A stretch of 48,677 nt of DNA from Sphingomonadaceae bacterium (GTDB taxonomy: Bacteria; Chloroflexota; UBA6077). The stretch's first letter is position 1, and every line of letters begins with the position of its first letter. Shown piece by piece: positions 1-8,870 of this stretch. The position numbers were made by a program, and so were the translations under genes. The notes under the pieces were generated by a model. The model did no database searches, was not told where the DNA came from, and saw only the letters and a program-made list of their open reading frames with translations. The stretch covers positions 1 through 48,677 of the forward strand of contig JBLNDL010000099.1 in assembly GCA_050261575.1 (NCBI GenBank). Reading direction: 5' to 3'.

Positions 1-210
1 GTGGACGAGGAGCGCTACTACCGGGTCGAGCGCCGCTACGGCAGCTTCCAGCGGAGCCTCGCTCTGCCCCAGGGCGTGAAGGCCGACGAGATCCAGGCCA
101 ACTACGACGACGGCATCCTCACGGTCACGGTACCGAAAGTCGAGGAGGAGAAGCCGAAGAAGATCGAGGTCAAGGCAAAGAAGGCGGTCGAGACCACGAG
201 CGCGAGCTGA
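1..210 (+). CDS. Hsp20/alpha-crystallin small heat-shock protein, C-terminal fragment (5' truncated; may not belong to this locus)
   Basis: ERRYGSFQRSLALP...A.YDDGILTVTVPK...KKIEV matches the alpha-crystallin core and IxI/V tail; followed by a homopolymer junction. Confidence 0.85.
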   Translation: MDEERYYRVERRYGSFQRSLALPQGVKADEIQANYDDGILTVTVPKVEEEKPKKIEVKAKKAVETTSAS

Positions 211-244
211 TCCCGATGCGGGCGCCGCGGCCGGCGACGGCCGC

Positions 245-304
<60 letters not shown>

Positions 305-319
305 CCCCCAACGGTCAGA

Positions 320-439
320 TCAGTGGGCTCGTCTGCGGTTCAGCAACTGCCAGTAGGCGATGAAGCAGAACACGAAGATGATGGTGATGATGTACTCCCA
401 GCCCTTGGTGTACACCAGAAACTCATGCAGGGTTTGCAC
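320..439 (-). CDS. 39-aa single-TM HmcD-like small subunit (MQTLHEFLVYTKGWEYIITIIFVFCFIAYWQLLNRRRAH)
   Basis: Translated by hand. GTG start with GAAAGGAG RBS, 23 nt downstream of the NrfD gene stop; TL.EF...TKG..Y plus a hydrophobic helix recalls Desulfovibrio HmcD. Confidence 0.75.
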   Translation of the reverse strand: MQTLHEFLVYTKGWEYIITIIFVFCFIAYWQLLNRRRAH

Positions 440-462
440 GACGTTCTCCTTTCTGCCCCTCC

Positions 463-1692
463 CTACAACTCAGAGGGGAAGTCGGGGTGCTCGTACAGGA
501 CGGGCATCCGGTTGACGATCCACCTGAAGGTGAGGATGAACACGGTCACGATGGCAATGGTGATGGCGAACTCCGACCATCTGGGGAAGTAGCGATTGGG
601 CAGCTCCCAGTTGAAGGCGACCATGCTTACGTTGATCCGGTTCAGGATGATACCGAGAACCGTGATGACGGCAGTCGCCCTGACCAGCCGCACCGATCCG
701 GTGATGGCGCCTCTGGCGAAGAGGAAGCAGGGTATCAGCACGAAGCCCAGCAACTCCACCAGGAACCAGAGCCCCAAGGGGGTCCCCAGGTAGCCCCAGG
801 CGTCGGCGTGCATGATGCCGATCAGCTTGATGCCGAAGTAGGTGAACATCACCACCGAGGCCGCCTTGCCCAGTCCCAGGGTCAGCCTCTCCAGCTTCTC
901 GTGTCCGTCGTGGCCCACCTGATCGCTGAAAACCCGATGGGAGATCATGCTCTCCACGATCACCATGGAGAGGCCGGCGAAGATGCTGGACACGAAGAAG
1001 AAGAGTGGTATCAGCGGCGAGTACCACAGGGGGTGTAGCTTGTTCGGTGCCAGCAGGAAGAGGGCTCCCAGCGCGGACTGGTGGAGGGTCGAGAGCATTA
1101 CCCCGAAGATCGTCGCTCCGAGGGCCAATCTCACCGCCCACGCCCTGAGTCTCTTCCATCCGAGCCATTCGAAGACGGCCGGCGAGAACTCCAAGAACTG
1201 GCAGGTCAAGTAGAGGGCCACGTGCCAGGCCACCAGGAACATCACCGAGGTGACCCCCATCGAGACCACCATCGGGAACGGGAGCCTCCATGGCCGGCCC
1301 AGGTCGAAGCAGAGTCCCACCACCACGAAGAAGTAGCCCAGGAACCCGGTCAGGATAGCCGGGCGGACGATCGGCTTGTACTCCTTGAGCCGGAACACGT
1401 AGACCGTGGTGGCCAGGGTGTAGCCGCCTGCGGCGAGCGCCACCCCGCACAGCACGTCGAAGCCGATCCACAGTCCCCAGGGATACTCGTCGGTGAGGTT
1501 CGTCGTGGCGGCCAGCCCCTGGGTGAAGCGCTCGACGGCTACGGCCAGCCCCACGAGGACGATGACGCCCGCGACGGCGTTGAAAGGCGTGGCCAGCGAC
1601 CTCACGTACTCGGAGAAGGTCTGACCCATGAAGAGCTTCTCTTCGACCCACGAGCGGCGTCGGACTACCTTTTCGGCATAAGTGGTCGTCAT
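463..1692 (-). CDS. NrfD/PsrC-family integral membrane protein (HybB/HmcC-like), 409 aa
   Basis: PWGLWIGFDVLCGVALAAGGY, DLGRPWR, LSTLHQSALG, HPLWYSP motifs; about 10 TM helices; ATG at 1692 with GGAGG RBS overlaps the upstream stop. Confidence 0.92.
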   Translation of the reverse strand: MTTTYAEKVVRRRSWVEEKLFMGQTFSEYVRSLATPFNAVAGVIVLVGLAVAVERFTQGLAATTNLTDEYPWGLWIGFDVLCGVALAAGGYTLATTVYVFRLKEYKPIVRPAILTGFLGYFFVVVGLCFDLGRPWRLPFPMVVSMGVTSVMFLVAWHVALYLTCQFLEFSPAVFEWLGWKRLRAWAVRLALGATIFGVMLSTLHQSALGALFLLAPNKLHPLWYSPLIPLFFFVSSIFAGLSMVIVESMISHRVFSDQVGHDGHEKLERLTLGLGKAASVVMFTYFGIKLIGIMHADAWGYLGTPLGLWFLVELLGFVLIPCFLFARGAITGSVRLVRATAVITVLGIILNRINVSMVAFNWELPNRYFPRWSEFAITIAIVTVFILTFRWIVNRMPVLYEHPDFPSEL

Positions 1693-2657
1693 CGTCGCGC
1701 CTCCTTCTGGCCCTCGGTTCCGCGCTTCTCCTGCTCGGACTTCTCGCCTCGGCGGATCAGGGCGTTGACGCCTGTCAGGGCCGCCGGCCATATCATCAGG
1801 ACGAGTGGCACCGCCAGCAGGAACTCGCGGGTGTACTCCGCCAGCGGCTTCTTACCCAGGTTCTTGGGGAAACCGATCTGCTCGAACGGAACCGCGGAGA
1901 GGTAGAGCCAGCCCGTGCCCCCGGCCTCCGTCTCGCCGAAGATGTGATCGACGTACTTGTCCGGTTCCTGGAGGATGCGCTGCCTGGCGGTCTTAAGCAG
2001 GTCGCTCCGCTTGCCGAAGATGGTGGACTTGGTGGGGCACGCGGCGGCGCAGGCGGGCGTCCCCCCGGTCTTGATGGCGTTCTCGTAGCACATGATGCAC
2101 TTCTTGATCGCCGGGGAGAGGGCGTCGTTGTACTCGAAGCTGAGGTTGCCGTAGGGACAGGCGATCATGCAGTAGCGGCAGCCCATGCAGACGCTTTCGT
2201 TGTAGACCACCGGCCCCTCGGGTGTCTTCTTCAGAGCCCCGACCAGGCAAGCTGAGGCGCAGGCGGGCTCCTCGCAGTGCATGCACTGCTCCTTGCGGAA
2301 AACGGGAGCCCCCGTGGCGGGGTTGGTGTAGCGGTTCACCACGGTGAACGCCTGGGCGCTCGGTCTCCTCTCTCTGTCCATGACGGACGGTTCTGTGGGC
2401 GGCGCAGGCAGGTTGTTGGCCTTGGCGCAGGCTGTCTCACACATGCGACAGCCGACACACTTGGTGACGTCTGTGAGCATGCCGTACCGGTCCGGGTGGC
2501 CGAGGAACTCCTCGGCTGCGTTGGCCACGCCCGTTCGGCTGAACCCTCCCAGGGCGACGGACCCTCCCAGGACGGCGGCCCCTCGGAGAAAGCCCCTCCG
2601 CGAGATCGCGGGGCCAGATGGTCCCTTGCGCTGGGCGCTGCCTCCTCGGCTTGACAT
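1689..2657 (-). CDS. Tat-exported 4Fe-4S dicluster protein (HybA/HmcB-like) with C-terminal TM anchor
   Basis: SRRGFL Tat motif; CVGCRMC..C, CMHC..PAC..C, CMGCRYC..CP and CIMC..PAC..CP give four clusters; GGT.WLYLS.VPF HybA-like motif; hydrophobic C-terminus. Confidence 0.92.
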   Translation of the reverse strand: MSSRGGSAQRKGPSGPAISRRGFLRGAAVLGGSVALGGFSRTGVANAAEEFLGHPDRYGMLTDVTKCVGCRMCETACAKANNLPAPPTEPSVMDRERRPSAQAFTVVNRYTNPATGAPVFRKEQCMHCEEPACASACLVGALKKTPEGPVVYNESVCMGCRYCMIACPYGNLSFEYNDALSPAIKKCIMCYENAIKTGGTPACAAACPTKSTIFGKRSDLLKTARQRILQEPDKYVDHIFGETEAGGTGWLYLSAVPFEQIGFPKNLGKKPLAEYTREFLLAVPLVLMIWPAALTGVNALIRRGEKSEQEKRGTEGQKEARR

Positions 2658-2682
2658 GGTACTTGCTCCCTCCACTCTCTCC

Positions 2683-3066
2683 TTATACACCCGTCATCAG
2701 GGCTGGAATGCTGAACAGCTCACAGGCCACGCACTCGGGCTTCAGCCGAGAGTCCTCGGTGTCCTGCATTACGGCCAGCCAACACGGCAGATCGGGCCGA
2801 AGAAACGCGGGGCAGGACTCCTTGACTGTGCTGGGGCACCCCTTGATTCTCCAGCAGCAGCGCTTGGCCTGGTCCTGCCGCGGCGGCGCGAGGCTCACAC
2901 CGCCCGCCGCCGCCAGGGCGGGCTCAGGGTAGAATCTGTTGAGCCGAAGCCAGAAGCGCTTGACCTGGCCCGCAAGGGTCCCCATCCCCATGAAGACTCC
3001 ATAGAGGGTGAACGCGATGACCACCAAGGCGCAGAGCACCAATCCGACGAAAACCGCGGGGCCCAC
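2683..3066 (-). CDS. Membrane-anchored Cys-rich 'two-CW'-type protein (127 aa)
   Basis: GTG start after AAAGGAGG; N-terminal TM helix; CW-x2-K-x-C-x7-CP-x8-CW-x15-CxxC. Confidence 0.75.
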   Translation of the reverse strand: MGPAVFVGLVLCALVVIAFTLYGVFMGMGTLAGQVKRFWLRLNRFYPEPALAAAGGVSLAPPRQDQAKRCCWRIKGCPSTVKESCPAFLRPDLPCWLAVMQDTEDSRLKPECVACELFSIPALMTGV

Positions 3067-3086
3067 GATGATCGCCTCCTTTCCTG

Positions 3087-3458
3087 TCAGGGCTGCATGC
3101 TGCGCGGGGGCGCCAGAAACCGCTCGCAATCGAGGCAGTCGGCCTGCAGCCTCCCGCGCTCCAGCTTCATCGCCTGCCAGCAGCGCAGCTCGGGGTGGCC
3201 GGAGGATGGGCACGAGGCCCGTCGCTCGGGTGAGCAGGCTTTGAACTCCCAGCACCGATCGGGCACGCCGGGCGTAAGCCGCCGGCTTTGGCCCGAGTCC
3301 TTCGGTCCGACCGTTGCGGGATGCTCCCCACACAGGATCTGCACCTTCTTGTCGGACTGGTGCCGGCGGTAGCCGATCAGGAAGAGGATGGTCACGGGCA
3401 TCCCCATCTGGATCGCGACCATCACCGCAACTCCCACGGCCTCTCTGATCGTGTCCAT
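3087..3458 (-). CDS. Membrane-anchored Cys-rich 'two-CW'-type protein (123 aa), paralogue of 2683-3066
   Basis: ATG after GGGAGGGG; N-terminal TM helix; CW-x2-K-x-C-x7-CP-x8-CW-x13-CxxC. Confidence 0.75.
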   Translation of the reverse strand: MDTIREAVGVAVMVAIQMGMPVTILFLIGYRRHQSDKKVQILCGEHPATVGPKDSGQSRRLTPGVPDRCWEFKACSPERRASCPSSGHPELRCWQAMKLERGRLQADCLDCERFLAPPRSMQP

Positions 3459-3656
3459 CGCCCCTCCCTCACTTGCCCAAGCAGTATCCCAGCGTCGCCG
3501 TCGGGCTCCATCGGCCTGAGGGATGGTGCTGCGGAGTGCGGGAGAGGGGAGCCACATGAACGTGAGTCGTAGGGCGTGAGCCAGAGGTATGACCGGTGGA
3601 TTCGATGGTTGCGGCGGGCATTAGCCTGGAGACCTAATACTCTTGGGTAGCGCCTA

Positions 3657-3685
3657 TTGTGCGGCGTAACGCGGAAACCTATAAT
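3657..3685 (+). promoter_or_regulatory. sigma70-type promoter for the response regulator/kinase operon
   Basis: TTGTGC-17 bp-TATAAT, about 40 bp upstream of ATG 3725. Confidence 0.55.
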
Positions 3686-3724
3686 GGTTTGGCGACATGT
3701 AGGGCGTCTGCTTGGGAGAGCTTC

Positions 3725-4393
3725 ATGGCGGAGAGGATCCGGATCCTGCTGGCGGATGACCATACGGTGTTGCGGGAGGGCATGAGGGACCTCCTCCAGA
3801 AGGAGAGCGACCTGGAGGTCGTGGGGGAGGCAGGAGACGGCGAGGAGGCCGTCCGGCTGGCTGGGATCCTGCGGCCGGACGTGGCCCTGATGGACATAGT
3901 GATGCCGAAGCTCAACGGCATCGAGGCCACTCGTCGCATCAAGGAGGTCAGTCCCTCCACCGCTGTCCTGGTTCTCACTGCCTACGAGGACGACCGCTAC
4001 ATTCTCGGCCTTCTAGAAGCCGGTGCCGCTGGCTATCTTCTTAAGAGTTCTCGGGCTTCCGATCTGGTGGGGGGCATCCGCGCCGTGTCGGCGGGGGAGT
4101 CGGTGCTGCTGCCCGCGGTCACAGCTCGGCTGCTGGCAAAGGCCGCTGCCTCGGCGGAGGGATTCTCCTGCTGTGCGAAGGGTGCGGAGCAACTGACCGA
4201 ACGGGAGTTGGAGATCCTGAGGCTCGCGGCCAAGGGGATGGGGAACAAAGAGATCGCCAGGCATCTGCTGCTGAGCGTACCGACGGTCAAGGCCCATCTG
4301 GTGAACGTCTTCAACAAGATGGGCGTGGGCTCTCGAACCGAGGCGGTGCTGCAGGCTGTGCGCAAGGGTTGGGTCGAACTGGAACCAGCCTGA
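3725..4393 (+). CDS. NarL/LuxR-family DNA-binding response regulator
   Basis: REC domain (LADDH, DVALMDIVMP, GYLLK) plus LuxR HTH (LTERELEIL...NKEIA...TVKAH). Confidence 0.95.
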   Translation: MAERIRILLADDHTVLREGMRDLLQKESDLEVVGEAGDGEEAVRLAGILRPDVALMDIVMPKLNGIEATRRIKEVSPSTAVLVLTAYEDDRYILGLLEAGAAGYLLKSSRASDLVGGIRAVSAGESVLLPAVTARLLAKAAASAEGFSCCAKGAEQLTERELEILRLAAKGMGNKEIARHLLLSVPTVKAHLVNVFNKMGVGSRTEAVLQAVRKGWVELEPA

Positions 4394-4486
4394 GGCTTCG
4401 ATGGCGGAGCTGGTTGGCCGCCGACGGCGGTGGCCTGTCGGGAAAGGAGACTAGCCTGCGCTGACGGGTGGTGCGGCGAAAGGTAG

Positions 4487-6427
4487 TTGAATTCTCCCCA
4501 CCTCTGGCTGACCCTTGCCATGGTGGCGGTCGGCGGGATCCTTCACTACTGCGACCAGCTTTCGTTGCTGCAAGCGGGTGTCTGCGCACCGCAGCCCGTT
4601 CACACCATGGATCGGGTGCTTTTCGTGGTGCCCGTCGCCTACGCCGGCTTCATCTTTGGCCCCAGGATGGGGGTCCTCATCCTCGCGGTAGTCACCTGGC
4701 TGATGCTTCCACGGGCCCTCCTCATATCCCCCTATCCCACTCGTGCGATCCTCGAGGTACTCAGCACCATCCTGGTTTCCTGCCTGATCCTCCTGTGGTT
4801 TCGGGGACAGCAGCGGGAGCGCGAACGAAGGCTGGAGGTCCTGAGCAGGCTGGAGATGGCTCGTAAGGAGCTGGCATCGCAGGTCGACGTAATCAGACGC
4901 AGCGAGCGCCGTCTGGCAGCGATCAACGAGGTTGGCAGCGTGGTGAGCCAGTCTCTGGAGCTTCCCAGCGTCCTGCAACGTGTCCTGGACCAGGTGGTGG
5001 AGGAGATGGGGGTATCGGCCGCGATGATCTTCCTGAAGGATCGGAGTGGCGAGAGGCTGGAGTTGGTGGCTCACCGCGGGGTGTCGGATGAGTTTGCCAG
5101 GGCGACGACTCCGCTCACGGTGGGGGTGGGGTTCAACGGCCGTGTGGCCCAGACGGGCGAGCCGATGGTGGTGGAGAACGTAGCCCAGGACCCGCGTCTC
5201 TGCCTGTCCGCCGTGGTCGAGGAGGGCATCCAGTCCCAGTTGATCGTGCCACTTCGCTCCAAGGGGAACACGATAGGCACTCTCTGCGTGGCCGTACGCA
5301 GCAGTCGCACCTTCTCCTGCGACGACCGGGAGCTGCTGGCCGCCATCGGCAGCCAGGTGGGGATCGCCATCGAGAACGCTCGTCTCTACCAGGAGGCGAT
5401 CAACTCCCAGGAGAAGTACCGCGACCTGTTCGACAACGCCACGGTGGCGATCTTCGTCCAGGATCTGGATGGGCGGATAACCCAGGCCAACAAGGCATGC
5501 GTAGGCCTCACTGGCTACTCCCTGGAGGAGCTTACGGGGCTCTCCGTGAGGAAGCTGATCCCTTTCCACGCCTATTCCGGCCTGGCCAAGGTTCAGCAGG
5601 CCCTGCTTCGGGGGGAAGGCTTGGCTTCACCCTACGACATTCAGATGGTGAGGCGGGACGGCAGCGAATGCATTCTCTCCATGACCACCAGACTCGTGTC
5701 CGAGAATGGACAGCCTCGGGGATTCCAGCACATCGCCATCGATGTCACCGAGCGCAGGCGGATGCGGGATACCCTGAACTACTACGTGCGGCAGGTCCTC
5801 ACCGCGCAGGAGGAGGAGCGAAAGCGGATCGCGAGGGAGCTACACGACGAGACGGCCCAATCCCTTCTCCTCACGCTGCAGAGGGTGGACGCCATCAGCT
5901 ACGGCTCGGACGTGAAGCTGCCCAAGGCGGCCGAGGCCGACCTGGAGGAGTTGCGAGGGCTGCTGCTCCAGACCCTGGGTAACGTGCGGCGACTTACTCG
6001 GGACCTGCGGCCGCAGATCCTAGACGATCTGGGGCTGGTGCCGGCCGTGGAGTGGCTGGTGGAGGAGGTGGAGAAGCAGTGTGGGCTGAAGGGCACCGTC
6101 CAGGTGGTTGGGCGGCGCCGGCAGTTGCCGCAGGAGACTCAACTGCTGCTCTTCCGCATCGCCCAAGAGGCGCTGAGCAACGTGCGCAAGCACTCGGCCG
6201 CGACGGAGGCATCGGTGGTGCTGAGCTTCGGCAAGGATCGGGTGAGCATCACCATCGAGGATAACGGCCGGGGGTTCCGGATGCCCGATAACGTGAGCGA
6301 ACTGGCCAGCAGCGGGAAGCTGGGGCTCCTGGGCATGTCCGAGCGGGCGCGGCTGGCGGGCGGATCGCTGTTCATCGATGCCCTGCCAGGCCGCGGGACC
6401 CGGGTGGTCGCCGAGCTGGCGGGCTAG
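4487..6427 (+). CDS. Membrane sensor histidine kinase, TM-GAF-PAS-HisKA_3-HATPase
   Basis: About 4 N-terminal TMs; GAF (VPLRSKG..IGTL...AIENARLY); PAS; EERKRIARELHDE; QEALSNVRKH; DNGRGF; GLLGMSERA. Confidence 0.95.
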   Translation: MNSPHLWLTLAMVAVGGILHYCDQLSLLQAGVCAPQPVHTMDRVLFVVPVAYAGFIFGPRMGVLILAVVTWLMLPRALLISPYPTRAILEVLSTILVSCLILLWFRGQQRERERRLEVLSRLEMARKELASQVDVIRRSERRLAAINEVGSVVSQSLELPSVLQRVLDQVVEEMGVSAAMIFLKDRSGERLELVAHRGVSDEFARATTPLTVGVGFNGRVAQTGEPMVVENVAQDPRLCLSAVVEEGIQSQLIVPLRSKGNTIGTLCVAVRSSRTFSCDDRELLAAIGSQVGIAIENARLYQEAINSQEKYRDLFDNATVAIFVQDLDGRITQANKACVGLTGYSLEELTGLSVRKLIPFHAYSGLAKVQQALLRGEGLASPYDIQMVRRDGSECILSMTTRLVSENGQPRGFQHIAIDVTERRRMRDTLNYYVRQVLTAQEEERKRIARELHDETAQSLLLTLQRVDAISYGSDVKLPKAAEADLEELRGLLLQTLGNVRRLTRDLRPQILDDLGLVPAVEWLVEEVEKQCGLKGTVQVVGRRRQLPQETQLLLFRIAQEALSNVRKHSAATEASVVLSFGKDRVSITIEDNGRGFRMPDNVSELASSGKLGLLGMSERARLAGGSLFIDALPGRGTRVVAELAG

Positions 6428-6445
6428 GCGCGCCGCTATGCTCCC

Positions 6446-7900
6446 TCACTCCTCGCCGCTCTCTTCTGCCTTTGCCTGGTTCCACAGCTCGTCCTGCTCC
6501 TCCAGGGGGAGGGAGGCGAAGTCGAGACCTTGCCGGCGCGCCAGCTCCTCCATGCGACTGAAACGCTCGACGAACTTCTGATTGGCCGAGCGGAGGGCCA
6601 TCTCGGCGTTTACCCCAAGGTGGCGGGCGACGTTCACGAGGGAGAAGAGGATGTCGCCCATCTCGGCTTGCCGCTCGGTGGCGTTCTCTGTCCGGGAGAG
6701 CTCCTCCACCTCCTCGGACAGCTTTTCCAGCACCGGTTGGATCTCCTTCCAGTCGAATCCCACGCGGGCGGCCCGCCCCTGGACCTCCTGCGCGGCCTGG
6801 AGGGCTGGCATGTGCTTGGGGATGCCGGCGAACATGCTCTCGGCCTCCTCCTTCTTGCCTCGCTCCGCCCTCTTGATGGCCTCCCAGTTGGCCAGCACCT
6901 CCTGTGCTCCGCTGACCGACACCTCGCCAAAGACGTGGGGATGGCGCCTGACCATCTTCGCGGCGATGGCACCGATGACGTCTGTGACGTCGAAGTCGCC
7001 GGCCTCGTCGGCGATCTGGGCGTGGAGCAGCACCTGGAGGAGGAGATCCCCCAGTTCCTCGCTGAGGGTGGCCGGGTCCCCCTTGTCGATCGCCTCCACC
7101 ACCTCGTATGCCTCCTCGACCACGTAGGGCTTGAGGCTCTCGTGGGTCTGCTGCCGATCCCAGGGGCAGCCATCCGGAGCCCGCAGCCTCGCCACTATCC
7201 TGACAAACGAGTCGAAGCTTCCCAGGGCTCGGTCGGGTGTGGAGGCGGGAACGAAGAGGGCGGTCAGGTGATCCACCTCCGGCTGCCGGTCCAGGTCGTG
7301 GAGGTGCACCGTTCGCACGGACTGCTCGCCCGGTGTGCCGGCGGCAGTTATCAGGGTTACCGGGTGGTCGTCGGGGTAGCGGCGTAGCAGCTCCAACTTG
7401 ACGTCTGACGCCACCAGCCGATCCTCGATCTGGTACACCAGCAGGTCGACTAGGGGGGAGGCTGAGGAGACGTGGGCGGCATCGAACAACTGCAGCCCCC
7501 CGCTTAGGGTGGTGCGCGCCGCCGCGAGGCTGGCCTCCACGAAGGAGACGCCGGGCATGACCCGCACCTCGAACCCTCGTTCTGGGGCGAGCCGGAGGAT
7601 CTCTCGCACGGAATCCTCCGCCATGGAGGGATCGCCGGGCACGGCGTAGACGAGCCCTCCCTCGCGCTGGGCGATGGCGAGCACCTCCTGCGCCAGCTCC
7701 AGGTAGAGCTTCTCGAAGGACTCGCAGCGGTCGTAAACGTAATCCAGCGATTCCCACTCGATGGTGGGGGGGAACTGCTGGACCGTGGGATGGCGTGAGG
7801 TTCGAAGCCAGACCTTGGGTGCCTGCTCAAGGACGGCGGCGGCCTTCTTGGTCAGCAGGGTGTATGGTCCTGGGCCCAGCCCCACGATGGTGATCTTCAC
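6446..7900 (-). CDS. mazG: YabN-like tetrapyrrole-methylase/MazG nucleoside triphosphate pyrophosphohydrolase (start approximate)
   Basis: ITIVGLGPG...RTSRHP...YAVPGDP N-terminal domain; LRAPDGCPWDRQQTHESL, EELGDLLLQV, RRHPHVF MazG motifs. Confidence 0.92.
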   Translation of the reverse strand: MKITIVGLGPGPYTLLTKKAAAVLEQAPKVWLRTSRHPTVQQFPPTIEWESLDYVYDRCESFEKLYLELAQEVLAIAQREGGLVYAVPGDPSMAEDSVREILRLAPERGFEVRVMPGVSFVEASLAAARTTLSGGLQLFDAAHVSSASPLVDLLVYQIEDRLVASDVKLELLRRYPDDHPVTLITAAGTPGEQSVRTVHLHDLDRQPEVDHLTALFVPASTPDRALGSFDSFVRIVARLRAPDGCPWDRQQTHESLKPYVVEEAYEVVEAIDKGDPATLSEELGDLLLQVLLHAQIADEAGDFDVTDVIGAIAAKMVRRHPHVFGEVSVSGAQEVLANWEAIKRAERGKKEEAESMFAGIPKHMPALQAAQEVQGRAARVGFDWKEIQPVLEKLSEEVEELSRTENATERQAEMGDILFSLVNVARHLGVNAEMALRSANQKFVERFSRMEELARRQGLDFASLPLEEQDELWNQAKAEESGEE

Positions 7901-8013
7901 GAGTGCATTCGCTCCTCTGTTCTCTATTGATGCGGATTCGGGTGTCTGCCGGCTGTGCCGGTCCATGCGCCTATGGTAACATAGCAGCCTCCGATCCGTG
8001 CCGCGGGCCACGC

Positions 8014-8042
8014 TTGACACGGGGAGTATCCATAACTATGAT
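8014..8042 (+). promoter_or_regulatory. sigma70-type promoter upstream of the lipoprotein gene
   Basis: TTGACA-17 bp-TATGAT. Confidence 0.65.
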
Positions 8043-8142
8043 GCCCCCAGCAACTACTTCCTTGCCCGCGCCACGGCGGACATCTTTCGGAGGTCGGGTC
8101 ACCTTTGACCCCTGGGGGCCCGGCCAGGAGCTGGAGGGGCGT

Positions 8143-8697
8143 ATGCCCAGCAACAGGGAACCGGTGCGTGGCCTGGTGGCGCCGGCAGTAGTGGTCCTCC
8201 TGGTCACGTTTGCCCTGACCCTGGCAGGCTGCGACTTCATCGTTGAGGAAGCTCGCACCTTTCGCGGAGGCGCCGAGCCGGGCGCCAAGCCCACCGCGGT
8301 TGCCGATCTGCCTGAGTACGACGTGGCCGTTAGCGCCATAGACTTCGATCCTCCCCTCAAGCGTGAGACCCTGGTCAGCACCCAGAACTCGGTGAAGCTG
8401 CTGGCGGCCGTGGAGAATCGAGGCACCATGCCGCTGACGGGGCTGCTCGTAGAGGCCCGGGTCACGAGTCAGAAGGGCGACTTCACGGCCGACGACCGTG
8501 TGCCCATCGACAGACTCTCTCCCGGTGAGACGAAGGTGGTCGAGTTCGAAGGGGTTGCCCCCGCCCAGGTGCTGCCGAGGTCCACCTCGTATCGGGTCAG
8601 AGTGCTGGTGGAGAGCACGCAATCGAACACCAACCTCCGCAGCGCCAGCCGTGAGGTGATCGTCCGGGTGGTGGAGGACCGGGTCCCTCAGCAGTAG
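8143..8697 (+). CDS. Putative lipoprotein with CARDB/Ig-like beta domain
   Basis: GGAGG RBS; hydrophobic signal ending LAGC (lipobox); DVAVSAI...VENRG...LSPGETKVVEF is CARDB-like. Confidence 0.7.
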   Translation: MPSNREPVRGLVAPAVVVLLVTFALTLAGCDFIVEEARTFRGGAEPGAKPTAVADLPEYDVAVSAIDFDPPLKRETLVSTQNSVKLLAAVENRGTMPLTGLLVEARVTSQKGDFTADDRVPIDRLSPGETKVVEFEGVAPAQVLPRSTSYRVRVLVESTQSNTNLRSASREVIVRVVEDRVPQQ

Positions 8698-8816
8698 CCC
8701 GAGCAGGGGCTGCCCTGCGCATCCTGGTTCTGCGCGCAGAGTACCCGCTCCCCAGGCTCGTCAGTCCCCTCCGTCCGCTTCGCCCCGTACCGGCTCGTTA
8801 GCCATCTCTTGATATC

Positions 8817-8845
8817 TTCAACTGGGGTGATCTGTGCGGTATAAT
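8817..8845 (+). promoter_or_regulatory. sigma70-type promoter for the DUF881 pair
   Basis: TTCAAC-17 bp-TATAAT, 25 bp before ATG 8871. Confidence 0.5.
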
Positions 8846-8870
8846 CGCCTGGTACAGAGAGGATGGACCA

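Noticed and set aside
463..2657. Calling the FeS/NrfD pair a hydrogenase-2 (hybAB) operon
   Set aside because: No NiFe large or small subunit or maturation genes in the window; family-level call only
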